This document shows positions 35,862-47,466 of a stretch of DNA of 64,000 bases, piece by piece. A program made the translations under genes and the position numbers. The stretch spans positions 3,658,001 through 3,722,000 of the forward strand of contig OZ251224.1 in NCBI GenBank assembly GCA_965240325.2, read 5' to 3'. Below the pieces are notes generated by a model, which saw only the letters and a list, made by a program, of their open reading frames with translations, searched no databases and was not told the DNA's origin. This DNA comes from Rebecca billardiae RCC1528. Its lineage: Eukaryota; Protista; Haptophyta. Position 1 is the stretch's first letter; each line of letters starts with the position of its first letter.

Positions 35862-36729
35862 CTAGTCGTCGTCAAGGTCCATGTGCTTCTTGTTGTATCT
35901 CACAGCGATGTGCGCGATGCAAAGTCCGAGGAGCATGCTGACGAATGTCCAGTTCGTCTGCGCTGTGCCCGGGAGCAAATGGCCCGTGATGAGTTTCGGG
36001 ATCCAGTTGACTGCAATCAGGACGCCCGAGTTGTAGTACAGGTAGGTCATCATGCTCATGTGCATGCGGATCCACTTGCGCGGACCCTTCACGTACCAGA
36101 TGCCGAGCAGCTGCAAGGCGATCTGGATGAAGCCGATCGTCATCATGAGCACCTTTGTGCCCAGCGGGAGGGTGCTCTCGCCGCCAAGGACGTACGCATA
36201 CCCGGTGAAAACGGAGAGGAAGCCGATGAGCATTGCGAAGCGCCCGACCCACTTGTGGATCGAGCGGTACGACACCCCGTGGTTGGGCGTGTGAAACAGG
36301 TTCCACGCGCATCCAAGGACAAACAGAAAGGCAAACGGGATGTGGACTGCCATGGTCATGGAGTCCGTTTCGATCCGGGGAAATCCCAGCTCGCTGCGTC
36401 GCGCGAGCGCGAGCGAACGGGCGGAGAGTCGCAGGGGCGTGCGCGCCCACTCAGCTGCGCGACATCGGCGCAGTCGCTGCCAGACGCACGCGGAGGGCGC
36501 AGTCGCTGCCAGACGCACGCGGAGGGAGGCACGGTGGTGCACGCGTGAGCGCGTGCGGCGCGCACAAAAGGAAGTAGATGACAAACACTGTCCCACCAAA
36601 CCACCACGGCGTGATGTTGCCCTTGAGGAAGACGACGATGGGATGCTTCCCGGGCGGAGGCGCCGACCCGGCTCCCGAAGGCCTGCCCGAAGGCTTCGCC
36701 ATCTTGAGTGCTGACTCGTCAGCGAGCAT
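35862..36729 (-). CDS. integral membrane protein, DUF2306-like
   Basis: Exons 36729-36566 and 36393-35862 (intron 36394-36565). About 5-6 TM helices with His in AVHIP, SIHKWVGR and RMHMSMM. Confidence 0.65.
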
Positions 36730-37499
36730 GGCTACTGTGGGGGGTCCCTGGCTCCCGCCCCTCGTGCGCTGTACCGTAAAGTAGACCGCCGCCGTCTCGT
36801 CATATGTCGGTCGTCGGTTTCGCGACGCGAGATTATAATACTTCCCCAACGTCCGACCCGCCAACGACAGATGGGAGGATGGTTTATGGCGTTTCGACGT
36901 GAATGATGATGAACAATTGCTATCGTCGAATGAAAAACGGACATTGAAATCTCGCGCGACTCTGACGAAGCCTTTGGAAGCGAATTCGATCATCGGTATC
37001 GTTTTTCAGCAGCTACGATCGAAAGTACCGCGCTCATCGAAAAAAGTGTGGCCGCGAACCAGTTTGGATCATTTACCGAAGCGTAATGCAATTCTGAGAG
37101 TTTGATGTATATATACATTGATACCGGGTCTTTTGACGAAAACACTGTTCGGCTGTGTGCGACGAAACACATCAACATTCTCAAAAGGTCTCAAACCGAC
37201 AGATCTCATAATCGCCTCATCCACGCCTATTCTTAATCAGGCTCGCTAAATTACCCGCTACCCGACGACCCTTCTCCTATCGTCGCCAGCCCGGGCGAAT
37301 ACTCAATATTCATCGTTCCGTTCATCGTCGCATGGACCACGTTGCAACGCCAATCCGCAACAAAACGCCGCTCATCAGCGGCAAGGGCGGTTCGGGCGGC
37401 TTCTGTTGGGGGTCACGGACCAGCGACGGGCGTGGTCTCTGCTCGCCCGCCACTCCGCCTCAGGCCGGGCTGCATCCGCCGGCCTCGACGCACCACCCG

Positions 37500-40400
37500 A
37501 TGAGTGACGCCTCCTTCGTCGTGCCCATCAAAGGCGCGCCCCTTCTTGACGACGGCTCTGGTGAGCTCGGCGGCCAGACCGTCCCGAATGGCGAGCGAAA
37601 GAAGAGCGTCGCGCGCCGCGCGAGCGTCCTGGCCTCGCAGCTCGTCCGGCGCGTGCAGCATGCACCGCCGGGCGAGGATGAGGGCGACGGTGCAAAAGCA
37701 GTGCCTGCGAAGGCCGTGAAGCTCAAGGGCATCCTCAGGACCGGTGAGGGCGGTCGCAGGAAGAAGGACCTGCACGTCGAGTTTCGCACCGTGCTCGCGG
37801 GCGAGGAGGCTCACGTGCAGGACGTCCGCATCAAGCAGGCTCAGGAGGCCGAGGAGCGCGAGCGGCGGGCGAGGCTGCTCAACATCGCCAAGCTCGCGCG
37901 GCTGCCCACGCTGACGATCGAGGAGCTGATGATTCCGCTGCGCCTCGCGTTCCCCGACCTCATCGTGAACAGCCCCATGGCGATGATCCTCGACATCATC
38001 AGCGACTCGTTCGAGCTCTGCTGGATTGTCAAGACGATCCGCGAGCAGCCGACGCTGGAGGAGGTGCGCAAGATGGAGGAGAACGGGAACAAGGCGGGCG
38101 ACGAGAAGTCGAAGATCGAGCTGTACACCGCCGCGCACGCCGTGCGCGACATTGGCACGGTCCTCTCGCTGCACTTCTCGCGCGGCATCTACATCATCTC
38201 GGGCGACGACACGCTGTGGACGCTCGTGCAGGTGGTGCGCACGGTGCGGGTGCGCGAGCTCGTGGCGTACGTGCAGCAGATCAACAACGACCTGACCACG
38301 AACGTCAAGTTCCTCGCCGTGTACAAGTTCTCGCTCGTGCTCATCTCCGTGCCGCACTGGGTGCGCGCGCGCGCGGCCTGCGCGCGCGCGGCCTGCGACG
38401 CGGCACCGCGGCACCGCCCCGGCACCGCGGCGCGCGACACCCTGCGACCTCTTTGACCGAGCCCTGCCCCGCGCGCGTGGCTGTGCGCGTGCGTCTCGCA
38501 GGTGGCGTGCATCTGGTGGGCCCTCGCGGCGCGCTGGGGCGGCGAGGTGCTCGCGCTGCCGTCGTGGCCCGCGCAGGTCCCGCTGCTCACGAGCAACCGG
38601 GACCTCAACGCCGCTCAGATGAGCGACGTCGACAACTACATCATGTCGCTGTACATGGCGTGGATGGGCCTCACGTCGATGGGCTACGGTGCGCGCGGCG
38701 GCGGCCCGGTCGCCACGCGTGCGCGCTGCTGCTCGCCGCGCCGCGGCCGCATGCTCACGCGCGCACCGCCTCGCGCCCGGCATCGCGCGCCCGTCTCCAG
38801 GCACGCTCGTGCTGACGATCCAGCAGGAGGTGATCTTCGCGGCGTTCGTGGCGATGCTGCAGATGGTCTTCTACGCGTTCGTGCTCGGTACCCTCTTCCA
38901 CTACCTCGTGCGCACCGACGAGAACACCGTGCACTACAACGAGCTGATGAAGGCGGTGGACGAGTACGTGAGCCACCGCAAGTTGCCCAAGGAGCTCGCC
39001 GCCAAGATCCGCGCGCACTACGCCTTCCAGCACCGCAAGCAGGCGGCGGGCACGGAGCGCATCTTCGGGCAGATGCCGCTGTCGATGCGCACCGAGGTCG
39101 CCGTCTCGCAGCACAGCCGCCAGATGCACGCCACGTGGGTGTTCTGGGCGTGCACGCCGCAGTTCCTCAGCTACGTCGCGCTCTACCTGCGCGAGCGCTA
39201 CATGATGGTGCGTGCCCGCGCGCGCGCCGCGCGCGCCGTGCGGCTTGCTTCAAGGCGCACCGCGGCCGCGGCCGGCGCGCGCGCGCCGCGTGCTCACCAC
39301 ACCGCCCCGCATCGCCGCGCGCGCGCCCCGCCTCGCGACTGCGCAGCCAAGCGAGACCCTCTTCAAGCGCGGCGACGGCGCGGCCGAGCTCCTCTGGTGC
39401 GTCGGCGGCTCGCTGCACGTCAGCAAGGGCGATCAGCACATCACGACGATCCGCTCCGACCTCGGGCCGGGCCAGATCGTGGGCGAGGTCGCGTTCTTCA
39501 TCGGCATCCAGCAGCCGTACTCGGTCGTCGCCTCCTCCAAGGGCGAGGTGACGCTGATCGTGCTCACCAGCGCCGCCTTCGAAGAGATCATCGGCTCGTA
39601 CCCCGAGCAGACCGACCAGATCACGCAGAACCTGCTGCGCAAGTACGGCCTCGACAAGAACGGCGCCGACCTCACCTCGGGCGGGTTCAACGAGCAGATG
39701 GACGAGGACGAGCAGCGCGAGTACGAGGCGCTGCGCTCGACCATCCGCGCCGCCATCCTCGAGCGCAACGAGGAGCTCTTCGCGCAGATGTCGACGGCGG
39801 TGCACCAGGGCGACGTCGAGACGGTGCGCGCGCTCACGGCGCGCGGCTTCGACCTGGGCGCGGGCTCGTACGACATGCGCACGCCGCTGCACCTCGCCTC
39901 GATGGAGGGCCACCGCACGGTCGTGAAGGTGCTGTGCGAGCTCGGCGCCGAGGTGAACACGGTCGACCGCTTCGGCTCGACGCCCATCAAGAACGCGGTC
40001 GAGGGGAAGCACGGCGCGGTCGCGGACGAGCTCTCGCGCTTTGGCGCTCGGCTCTCGCTTGCGCGCCCGGCGTCGCGGCTGCACGCGGCGGCCAAGACGG
40101 GCGACATGAACACGATGACGATGCTCGTCGCGCACGGCATCAACATCAACTCGGTCAACTACGACGGGCGCACCGCGCTGCACGTCGCCGCCTCCGAGGG
40201 CAACGCGCGCGTCTCCGAGTACCTCATCTCCAACATGGCCGACGTGCACGCGCGCGACCGCTGGGAGCACTCGCCGCTCGACGACGCGATCGACAACGAC
40301 CACCCGCTCGTCGCGCAGATGCTGGTGCGCTCGTCGGCGAAGCCGGACATCAAGACCATGGCCGAGCTGCTGCGCACGTCGGCCGCCGGCGGCGACACCG

Positions 40401-43400
40401 ACCGCCTCAAGTTCCTCCTGTCGATGGGCGTCGACATCGACGCGGCCGACTACGACGATCGGACTGCGCTGCACTACGCGGTGCGCTCGGGCTCGGTCTC
40501 GTCGACGCACCTGCTCGTGTGCGCGCTCGCGGACGTCAACATCGTCGACCGCTGGCTGCGCCCGCCGCTGCTCGACGCGCTCGAGGTGAACCCGAAGATC
40601 GCGTCCGTGCTGCTCCAGGCGGGCGCGCGCGTGCCGGACAGCCACAAGGACGACCCGGAGATCACGGCCAAGGTGCGCGCGGCCGAGGCGTCGGACCTGT
40701 ACGACGTGAACCGCGCGATCAGCGACACGTCCAGGCAGCGCGACAAGCTGAACGAGGCGAAGCTGAGCAAGTCGCGCGAGGTGGAGATGGAGATCGCCGG
40801 GCTCGCCGACGAGTTTGGGGGCCTCACGCGCGCGCAGCGCGGCCTCTTCCGCCAGGTCTCCAAGCACGCCGACATCTGGATCGCCGAGTACGGCGAGGAG
40901 GGCGACTCGGACACCGACTCCGACATCGGCTCGCAGGAGGGGGGCAGCGGGCGGATGGACCCGGAGGACCCGGACAGCGACTCGGACGACACGGACAGCG
41001 ACGACGGCAAGATGGAGGGCTCCACCTCGAAGCGCCAGTCCAAGCACTTCATCAAGCTCGTGCTGCAGCTGCCCAAGGCCGAGGACGGGCTGGTCGAGAT
41101 CCGCAACGCGTTCCGCACCAAGCTCGGGCCCGACATGCGCAAGCACATGCCCGAGCAGCAGCGCCGGCTCGAGGAGGACAAGGCGCTGTACCAGATGCTG
41201 CAGCAGGAGTTTGGCATCCCCGTCGAGAACGCGGACCGCGTCCTCGACGACATCTACGCCGAGCTCAACGTCTTCCTCGGCGACGTCGCGCCCAAGGCGC
41301 CGGTGAAGGGCACGCACGCGACCGCGGCGCACTCGCGCGACGACCCGATGACGGGCGCCGACTTCAGCGCCGCGGACGAGATGGAGGAGCTCGCCGCGGA
41401 GGGCGGCCACGCGTTCGTGGGCACGCGCAAGACGGCGCACAAGGTCGACGACATCAAGCGGAACTCGCTCCGCCGCGGCTCGAACGCGGGCACGTCGCTC
41501 ATCGACCTGTCGATGGCGCGCAGCAACGCCGACTCGTCGTTCAAGCGCAACGGCCTCGCGCACCTGCGCAAGAAGCAGATGACGCACCCGACCTTCGCCG
41601 ACTTCCTCGACTCGGACGAGCCGATCTTCCTCTCCGACCTCGGCCACGTCGTCCTCTTCTGCTCGCGCCGCTTCATCGACACGCTCGCCGAGCGGCACGT
41701 GAAGGCTGCGCGCGAGGCGGGCGTCAAGGACATGCTCGCCACCCCGCCCAAGCGCGACCCGAACGCGCCGCAGCCGCCGCCCATCTTTGAGGAGCGGTCT
41801 GGCTCGGACTTGATCAAGAGCGGAGGGCTGAAGGCGGTCACGCGCGCCGTGCGCGCCAGCTTCAACGGCAGCGAGCAGGGCACGCCGGGGATGTCGCGCT
41901 TCAGGCCGTCGCAGGCCAAGAATGACGGCTCGCCGACCGGCCAAGATCGCATCTCGCCCAAGCGCGGCGCGGCGAGCCCGCCGAGCTGGTCGCCCGACGG
42001 CCAACGGCGCGCCAGCCTCACCTTGGAGGAGGCGGACGGCAAGAACCGGCGGTCCACCGCGTCTTCGGACCAGGATCCGTCGTTCATCAAGCACCTGACG
42101 GTCACGCCGAAGGGCGGCGGCTCCTTCTACGGTGATGGCGCGGCCGACGCGATGCGCTCGGTGGAGAAGGCGCTCTTCATCATCACGAGTCTCTTCCGCG
42201 TCTTTGACCACGCGGGCAAGGGCGTGATCCGGCTGCGCGACGTGAAGCGGCTGCAGGGCGATCTGGGCGAGCTGGGCTCGACGGAGATCAAGTCGCTGCT
42301 GTCGTACCTGATGGCGGCCTCGCGCACCTTCGCGCTTCCCGCCGTCGAGGACGCCGGGCTGATGGTGGGCGCGCCGGGCGCGGCGGAAGACCCCTTCTAC
42401 GGCCGGCGCCGCAGCAGCACGCCCGCCTTCGACCTGGACGGCAGGAAGAGTGGCAAGCGCACGTCGCAGAAGCTGCGCACCTCGCTCATGCTCAGCGCCG
42501 ATGGCATCGTGATGAAGGCGCAGGACCGGCAGCCCGAGGCGCACAAGCCGGCGGCGATGCCGCCTGCCAGCGAGGCGATCGAGCCGCCTCCGGCCGCCGC
42601 GCCCGACGTCGTCGTTTCGCTCTCGGCCAACGTCGCCCCGCCAAACCTCGATGTCGTGGAGGAGGCGGCGCCGGCGGAGGAGACGGACGACGCGCCGCTC
42701 TTCGCCTCGGGCGAGCTCAACCGGAAGCACATCGTCTCGGACGACGCGGCCGACGAGATGTACCTCGGCCGCGGCAACGTGCTCGGCGCGCTCGGCCAGG
42801 ACAAGGTCCAGGCCACGCGGCCAGGCCGCGCGCGCAAGGCGCGCGCAATGACGGAGGTGCAGTTCTTCGTCGGCGTCGCCTCGTGGATCCTCCTCTCGCA
42901 CTCGGAAGACGCGGACAGGGACGAGGGGCTCACCGACTTCGAGGGCATCGCCGCGGCGGAGGGCGTCTTCATCCCCAAGCTCAAGACCGGCCCCGCCGCG
43001 GCCGAGAACAAGCAGACGGCGGCGGCGGCTGCCAAGGCCGCCAAGGCGGAGGCGGCGGCCAAGGCGGCGCACGAGGAGGCGATCGTGCGCGAGCTCGACG
43101 CCGCGCTCAACTCGGTGGCGGCGTGCCTGCTCCTCGCGGACAACCTGCAGCAGCGCGTCGACACCGGCCGCATCAACCTCGCCGAGCCGACGGACACGGA
43201 GGTGCTGCTCAAGGCGGTGCAGCACTCGGTCGTGATCCCGCACGGCACCAACGCGGGGCACATCGAGCAGTGGGTCGAGGTGCACCTGGACATGCGGCTG
43301 GGCACGATCGGGACGCACCACGGGCACCACCCCGAGCGCGGCTCCGAGACCGGGCACCACGCCCACGCCCACGCCCACGCCCACGCCGCCGGCGAGGAGG

Positions 43401-46400
43401 GCGGCTCGGAGGACGGGCTGCGCGAGGACAAGCTGATTGCCGCCGAGCTCGAGGAGGGCATTGACACGACGCTGCTCACGTGGCAGACGCTGCTCGGCCG
43501 GCTGCGCGAGCGCGCGGCGACGCTGCGCAACGAGGCGGGCGACAACCTGAACGCGCAGCAAGCGAAGAAGGGCCCGGTCGCAGCCGTCCTCGAGGCCTTC
43601 GGCGTCGGCTCCTCGGCCGTCGTGCCCGTCGACGACGCCAACGCTGAGGGCGGGCACGAGGGCGAGGGCGAGGGCGGCGCGGTGGTGTGGCCGTGGTACA
43701 TCATGAGCGTGCGCTCGCAGTGGTACTCGTACATACACACGCTCTTCCTCGTGCTGGTGATGTGGGACGCGCTCTTCGTGCCGATGCAGCTCGCCTACTT
43801 CGACGAGATCTCGCGCATGCCGTGGGTGCTCGGCCTCAACCTCACGTTTGACGTGCTGTACGCGATGCGGATCGTGCTCCTCTTCCACACGACCTACATC
43901 AACGAGAAGTCGGTCGAGGTGTTCCGCCCGCGCGAGATTCGGCGGCAGTACCTCGCGGGCGACTTCGCGCTCGACCTCTTCGCGTGCTGGCCGCACGACC
44001 AGGTGCTCTGGGCGCTCGGCGTGCCGACCATGATCCGCTTCGGGCTGCGGCTGCTGCGGATGATCAACTGCCGGTACGCGTTTGCGTCGTTTGGCCGCTG
44101 GAAGGCCAAGCTGAGCGACTCCGACTTCAGCTCGGGGCTGATCAAGAACCTGACGCCGCTCTTTATCACGATCCACTACATGGCGTGCGTGTGGAACGTC
44201 CTCGGCTTCTCCGACGTGGGGCGCACCTTCGGCATCCGCACGTGGGCGGACGTGTACCTGCACTCGCGCCAGGACGTCGGCGGTGAGATCACCATCTACT
44301 CGACCGCCGAGGAGAAGCTCCTCGACCAGTACCTCACGGCGATCTTCTTCGTGCTCTCGCTCATCTCGGCGCTGGGCGTGGCGCAGCTGCCGGCCAACAT
44401 GGCCGAGTTCTTCGCCTTCGTCGTGCTGGCGATCCTCAACATGACGATCTACGCGTACTGCGTCGGCGGGATCTCCGGCCTCGTGATGAAGCAGGACGAC
44501 GAGATCGTCGGCAAGCGCGCGCACCTCGAGCTCGTGCACGCGTACGTGCGGCACGTGCACGTGCCGCCCGAGCTGAAGGACCGCATGACCAAGTTCTTCG
44601 TGCAGCGGCTGCAGCACACCTCGCTCTCGTCCGTCGACTCGGAGCAGATCTACTCGGGGCTGCCGATGCCGCTGCAGATGGAGGTGGCGGCGCACACGAA
44701 CCGCGCGCTCGTGGGCAACTGCGCGCTGCTGCGCGGCTGCTCGACCGGCTTCCTCGACCGGCTCTCCTCGTCGCTGCGCGAGCGCGAGCTCGAGGCGGAG
44801 ACGGTGGTCTTCCGCTCGGGCGAGGCGTGCAAGGAGCTCATGATCGTCGCGTCCGGCACCATCGAGACGCTGGAGGAGGGCGAGGGCGCGGACGACTCGG
44901 TGGAGACGCTGGGCCCGGGCGACACGGTCGCCGAGGTCGCCTTCGTCTTCCGCATCCGCCACTTCAAGACCGCGCGCGTCGGGCGGAACGAGAAGGCCTT
45001 CGCGTTCACGCTCGCGACCGAGCTGTGCGCGCCGCGCCGGCCGCCCCGCGTTCACGCCCGCGCGGCGCACGCACGGCCGCGCGCCCGCGGCGTTGCTGAC
45101 CGGCCACCGTCCCACCGCCGCACGCGCGCGCCCCTCGCTCACGCGCCGCAGGTACAAGGAGCTGCTCAAGGCGTTCCCGACGCAGGAGGACATCATCATG
45201 GACAACGCAGTGCGGCAGTACGAAGGTGTGTGCCACGGCCGTGCCCGCGCGGCGCATCGGCTGCACACGCCGCCCGGCGCCGCCCTCCGCCCCCGCTGAC
45301 CCTCGCGCTCGCGGCCGCCCGCCCTCGCCTCGTCGCGCGCGCTGGCGCAGGGATGGCCACTGCGCGCTCGGGGAAATCGGGCAAGTCCAAGGCATCGAGC
45401 GGCGGCGGGTCCTCGTCGGCTCTGTCGGCGGGCGACGGCAACTCCTCCGTCGGCGGCAGGTCCGACCTGTCCAACGTGCAGGACGTGAAGACGCTGCACA
45501 AGGTGGGCGCCGAGCCGAGCGCCTGCGCGCGGCGGCCGCGCGCACGGCCGCGCGGCTCCCGCCTCTGCGCATCCCGTGCGCTGCGCTCACGCGGCACGCG
45601 CGCCGTCTGCTTTCCCCGCGCAGATCCTCGCCGAGGCGAAGCGCAAGCGCGAGGAGCTGATGCACGCGCGGCTGTGCACGGCGTGCGCCAAGGGCGACTA
45701 CGACAAGGTGCGCCGCATGCTGACGGGCCGCTCGATCGACATCGACCACGGCGACTTTGAAGGGCGGCGGGCGCTGCACCTCGCGGCGTGCGGCGGCGAC
45801 AAGCGCGTGATCGAGCTACTGCTCGCGTCCCGCGCGGACGTGAACATCGAGGACAGCCTGGGCAACACGCCGCTCGACGACGCGCTCCACTCGGACAACG
45901 CCGACGCCGCGGCGCAGCTCGCGAGCCACGGCGGGCGGCACGGCTCGCGCAACGTTGCCGACGAGGTGTGCACGGCGGGCAGCCACGCCGAGGGCAAGCA
46001 AGAGCTGCAGCGGCTCTGCCAGTACGGCGGCAACGTGAACGCGGCCACGCACGAGCAGCGCACGGCGCTGCACATCGCCGCGTCCGAGGGCCGCGTGGAC
46101 AACCTCCGGATGCTGCTCGAGAACAAGGCGGACGTGAACGCGCGCGACCGGCGCGGCTCGACACCGCTGCAGGACGCGCTGCTCGGCCGTCAGGACGAGG
46201 CGTGCGAGCTGCTGCTGCAGCACGGCGCGATGCTCGGCGAGTTCGACACGGCGCTGCACATGAACACGGCGGCCGCGGAGAATGACACGCTGCACCTCGC
46301 GCGGCTCATCAAGTTCCGCTGCTCGATCAACACGCAGGACGAGCTCGGCCGCGCGCCGGTCCACCTCGCCGCGTCCAGGCGCCGGATCAACGCGCTCAAC

Positions 46401-47161
46401 TTTCTGCTCGACACGGCCGACATCGACGTCAACATCGAGGACAAGTTCGGGAACACGGCGTACGACGACGCGATGCGCGACTCGGCGAAGGAGCAGAAGG
46501 TCCTCCGCGCCCTGCTCGAGACGCGCGGCGCGCGGCCCGGCAGCCACGTCCACAGCGCGTCGATGGCGCAGTCGGACATGGAGGCCGAGAGGCAGACGGT
46601 GGCGGCGCGCGTCGTCTCGCAGCGCGACCTCACGCTCACCGAGGCGCGCACGATCCGGCAGTGGGTGAAGGAGGAGCGCGAGGCGGTGGCGGCGTTCAAC
46701 GAGCAGCTCAAGGTCGCCATCGCGCTGCAGCGCGAGCGCGGCGCCGTGCTCGCCGACGAGCTGCCCGAGCTGTGGGAGCAGGTGTACGCGTACGCGGAGG
46801 GCTACTTTGACTGGCGCGAGGAGGCGCTGCAGACGGTCGCGCCGACCATCCGGCGCTGGTTCGAGCAGAACCGCGACTTTGCCCTTGTCGCGCTGCAGAA
46901 GCTGCAGCAGAAGGTGCGTGCGCGCGCCGCCTCTGCGCTCCGTCGGCCCGGCGCGCGCTGCCGTCCAGCTCGCGCCCGCGCTCCGCGCGCCCTCGCGCCG
47001 TGTGATGGCTCACACCACGAATGCGCGCCGCTCGCCCCGCGGACGTGCGCCTGCGTGTGCAGTTCCACGACCTCGCCATCCTCGGCGAGACGGATGCCAA
47101 GCCGGTCGAGCGCTTGTACGAGGTCACGTTCCGGAAGCCTGTGAAGGTGGATGGGAGGTGA
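37500..47161 (+). CDS. two-repeat cyclic-nucleotide-binding-domain K+ channel-like protein with ankyrin repeats, 2x(6TM-CNBD-ANK), ~2915 aa
   Basis: Exons 37500-38360, 38502-38688, 38801-39207, 39347-45024, 45152-45225, 45351-45502, 45624-46913, 47063-47161 stay in frame. Pore 1 LTSMGYG; CNBDs (LGPGQIVGEVAFF, LGPGDTVAEVAFV); ankyrin repeats (YDGRTALHVAA). The last exon may splice further at AG|GTGAGT (47158). Confidence 0.85.
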
Positions 47162-47466
47162 GTGCACCCAAGGATGCGCTGGGACGACGGACCAACACAT
47201 TTTCGTCGTCCGTTGTGAGGCGCGTCACGCGTGAGGCCCGCACTGTGCGCGGGTGCGCCAACTGCCAACTGGCAACTTGTTACTGCTGGCGTTTATGACA
47301 GCAAGGTTTCGTTGTCTCTGTGTTGTCACAATAATAAGGGCGGGATTACGTATCCCCTCCACTTGTGAGTCGATGTATTGTTGCTGTCGCGATAGTGATT
47401 ACTCAGATCGATGGCTGATGATTTAAAAAGTCAATCATCATTATAATCATGTCATCTCATCAATAA

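Noticed and set aside
36830-37330. AT-rich island as a possible MITE or ncRNA
   Set aside because: No convincing TIR, TSD or recognisable RNA gene; may simply be promoter DNA.
39167-45499. 2110-aa minus-strand ORF
   Set aside because: Antisense shadow of the GC3-rich channel gene; no protein-like motifs.
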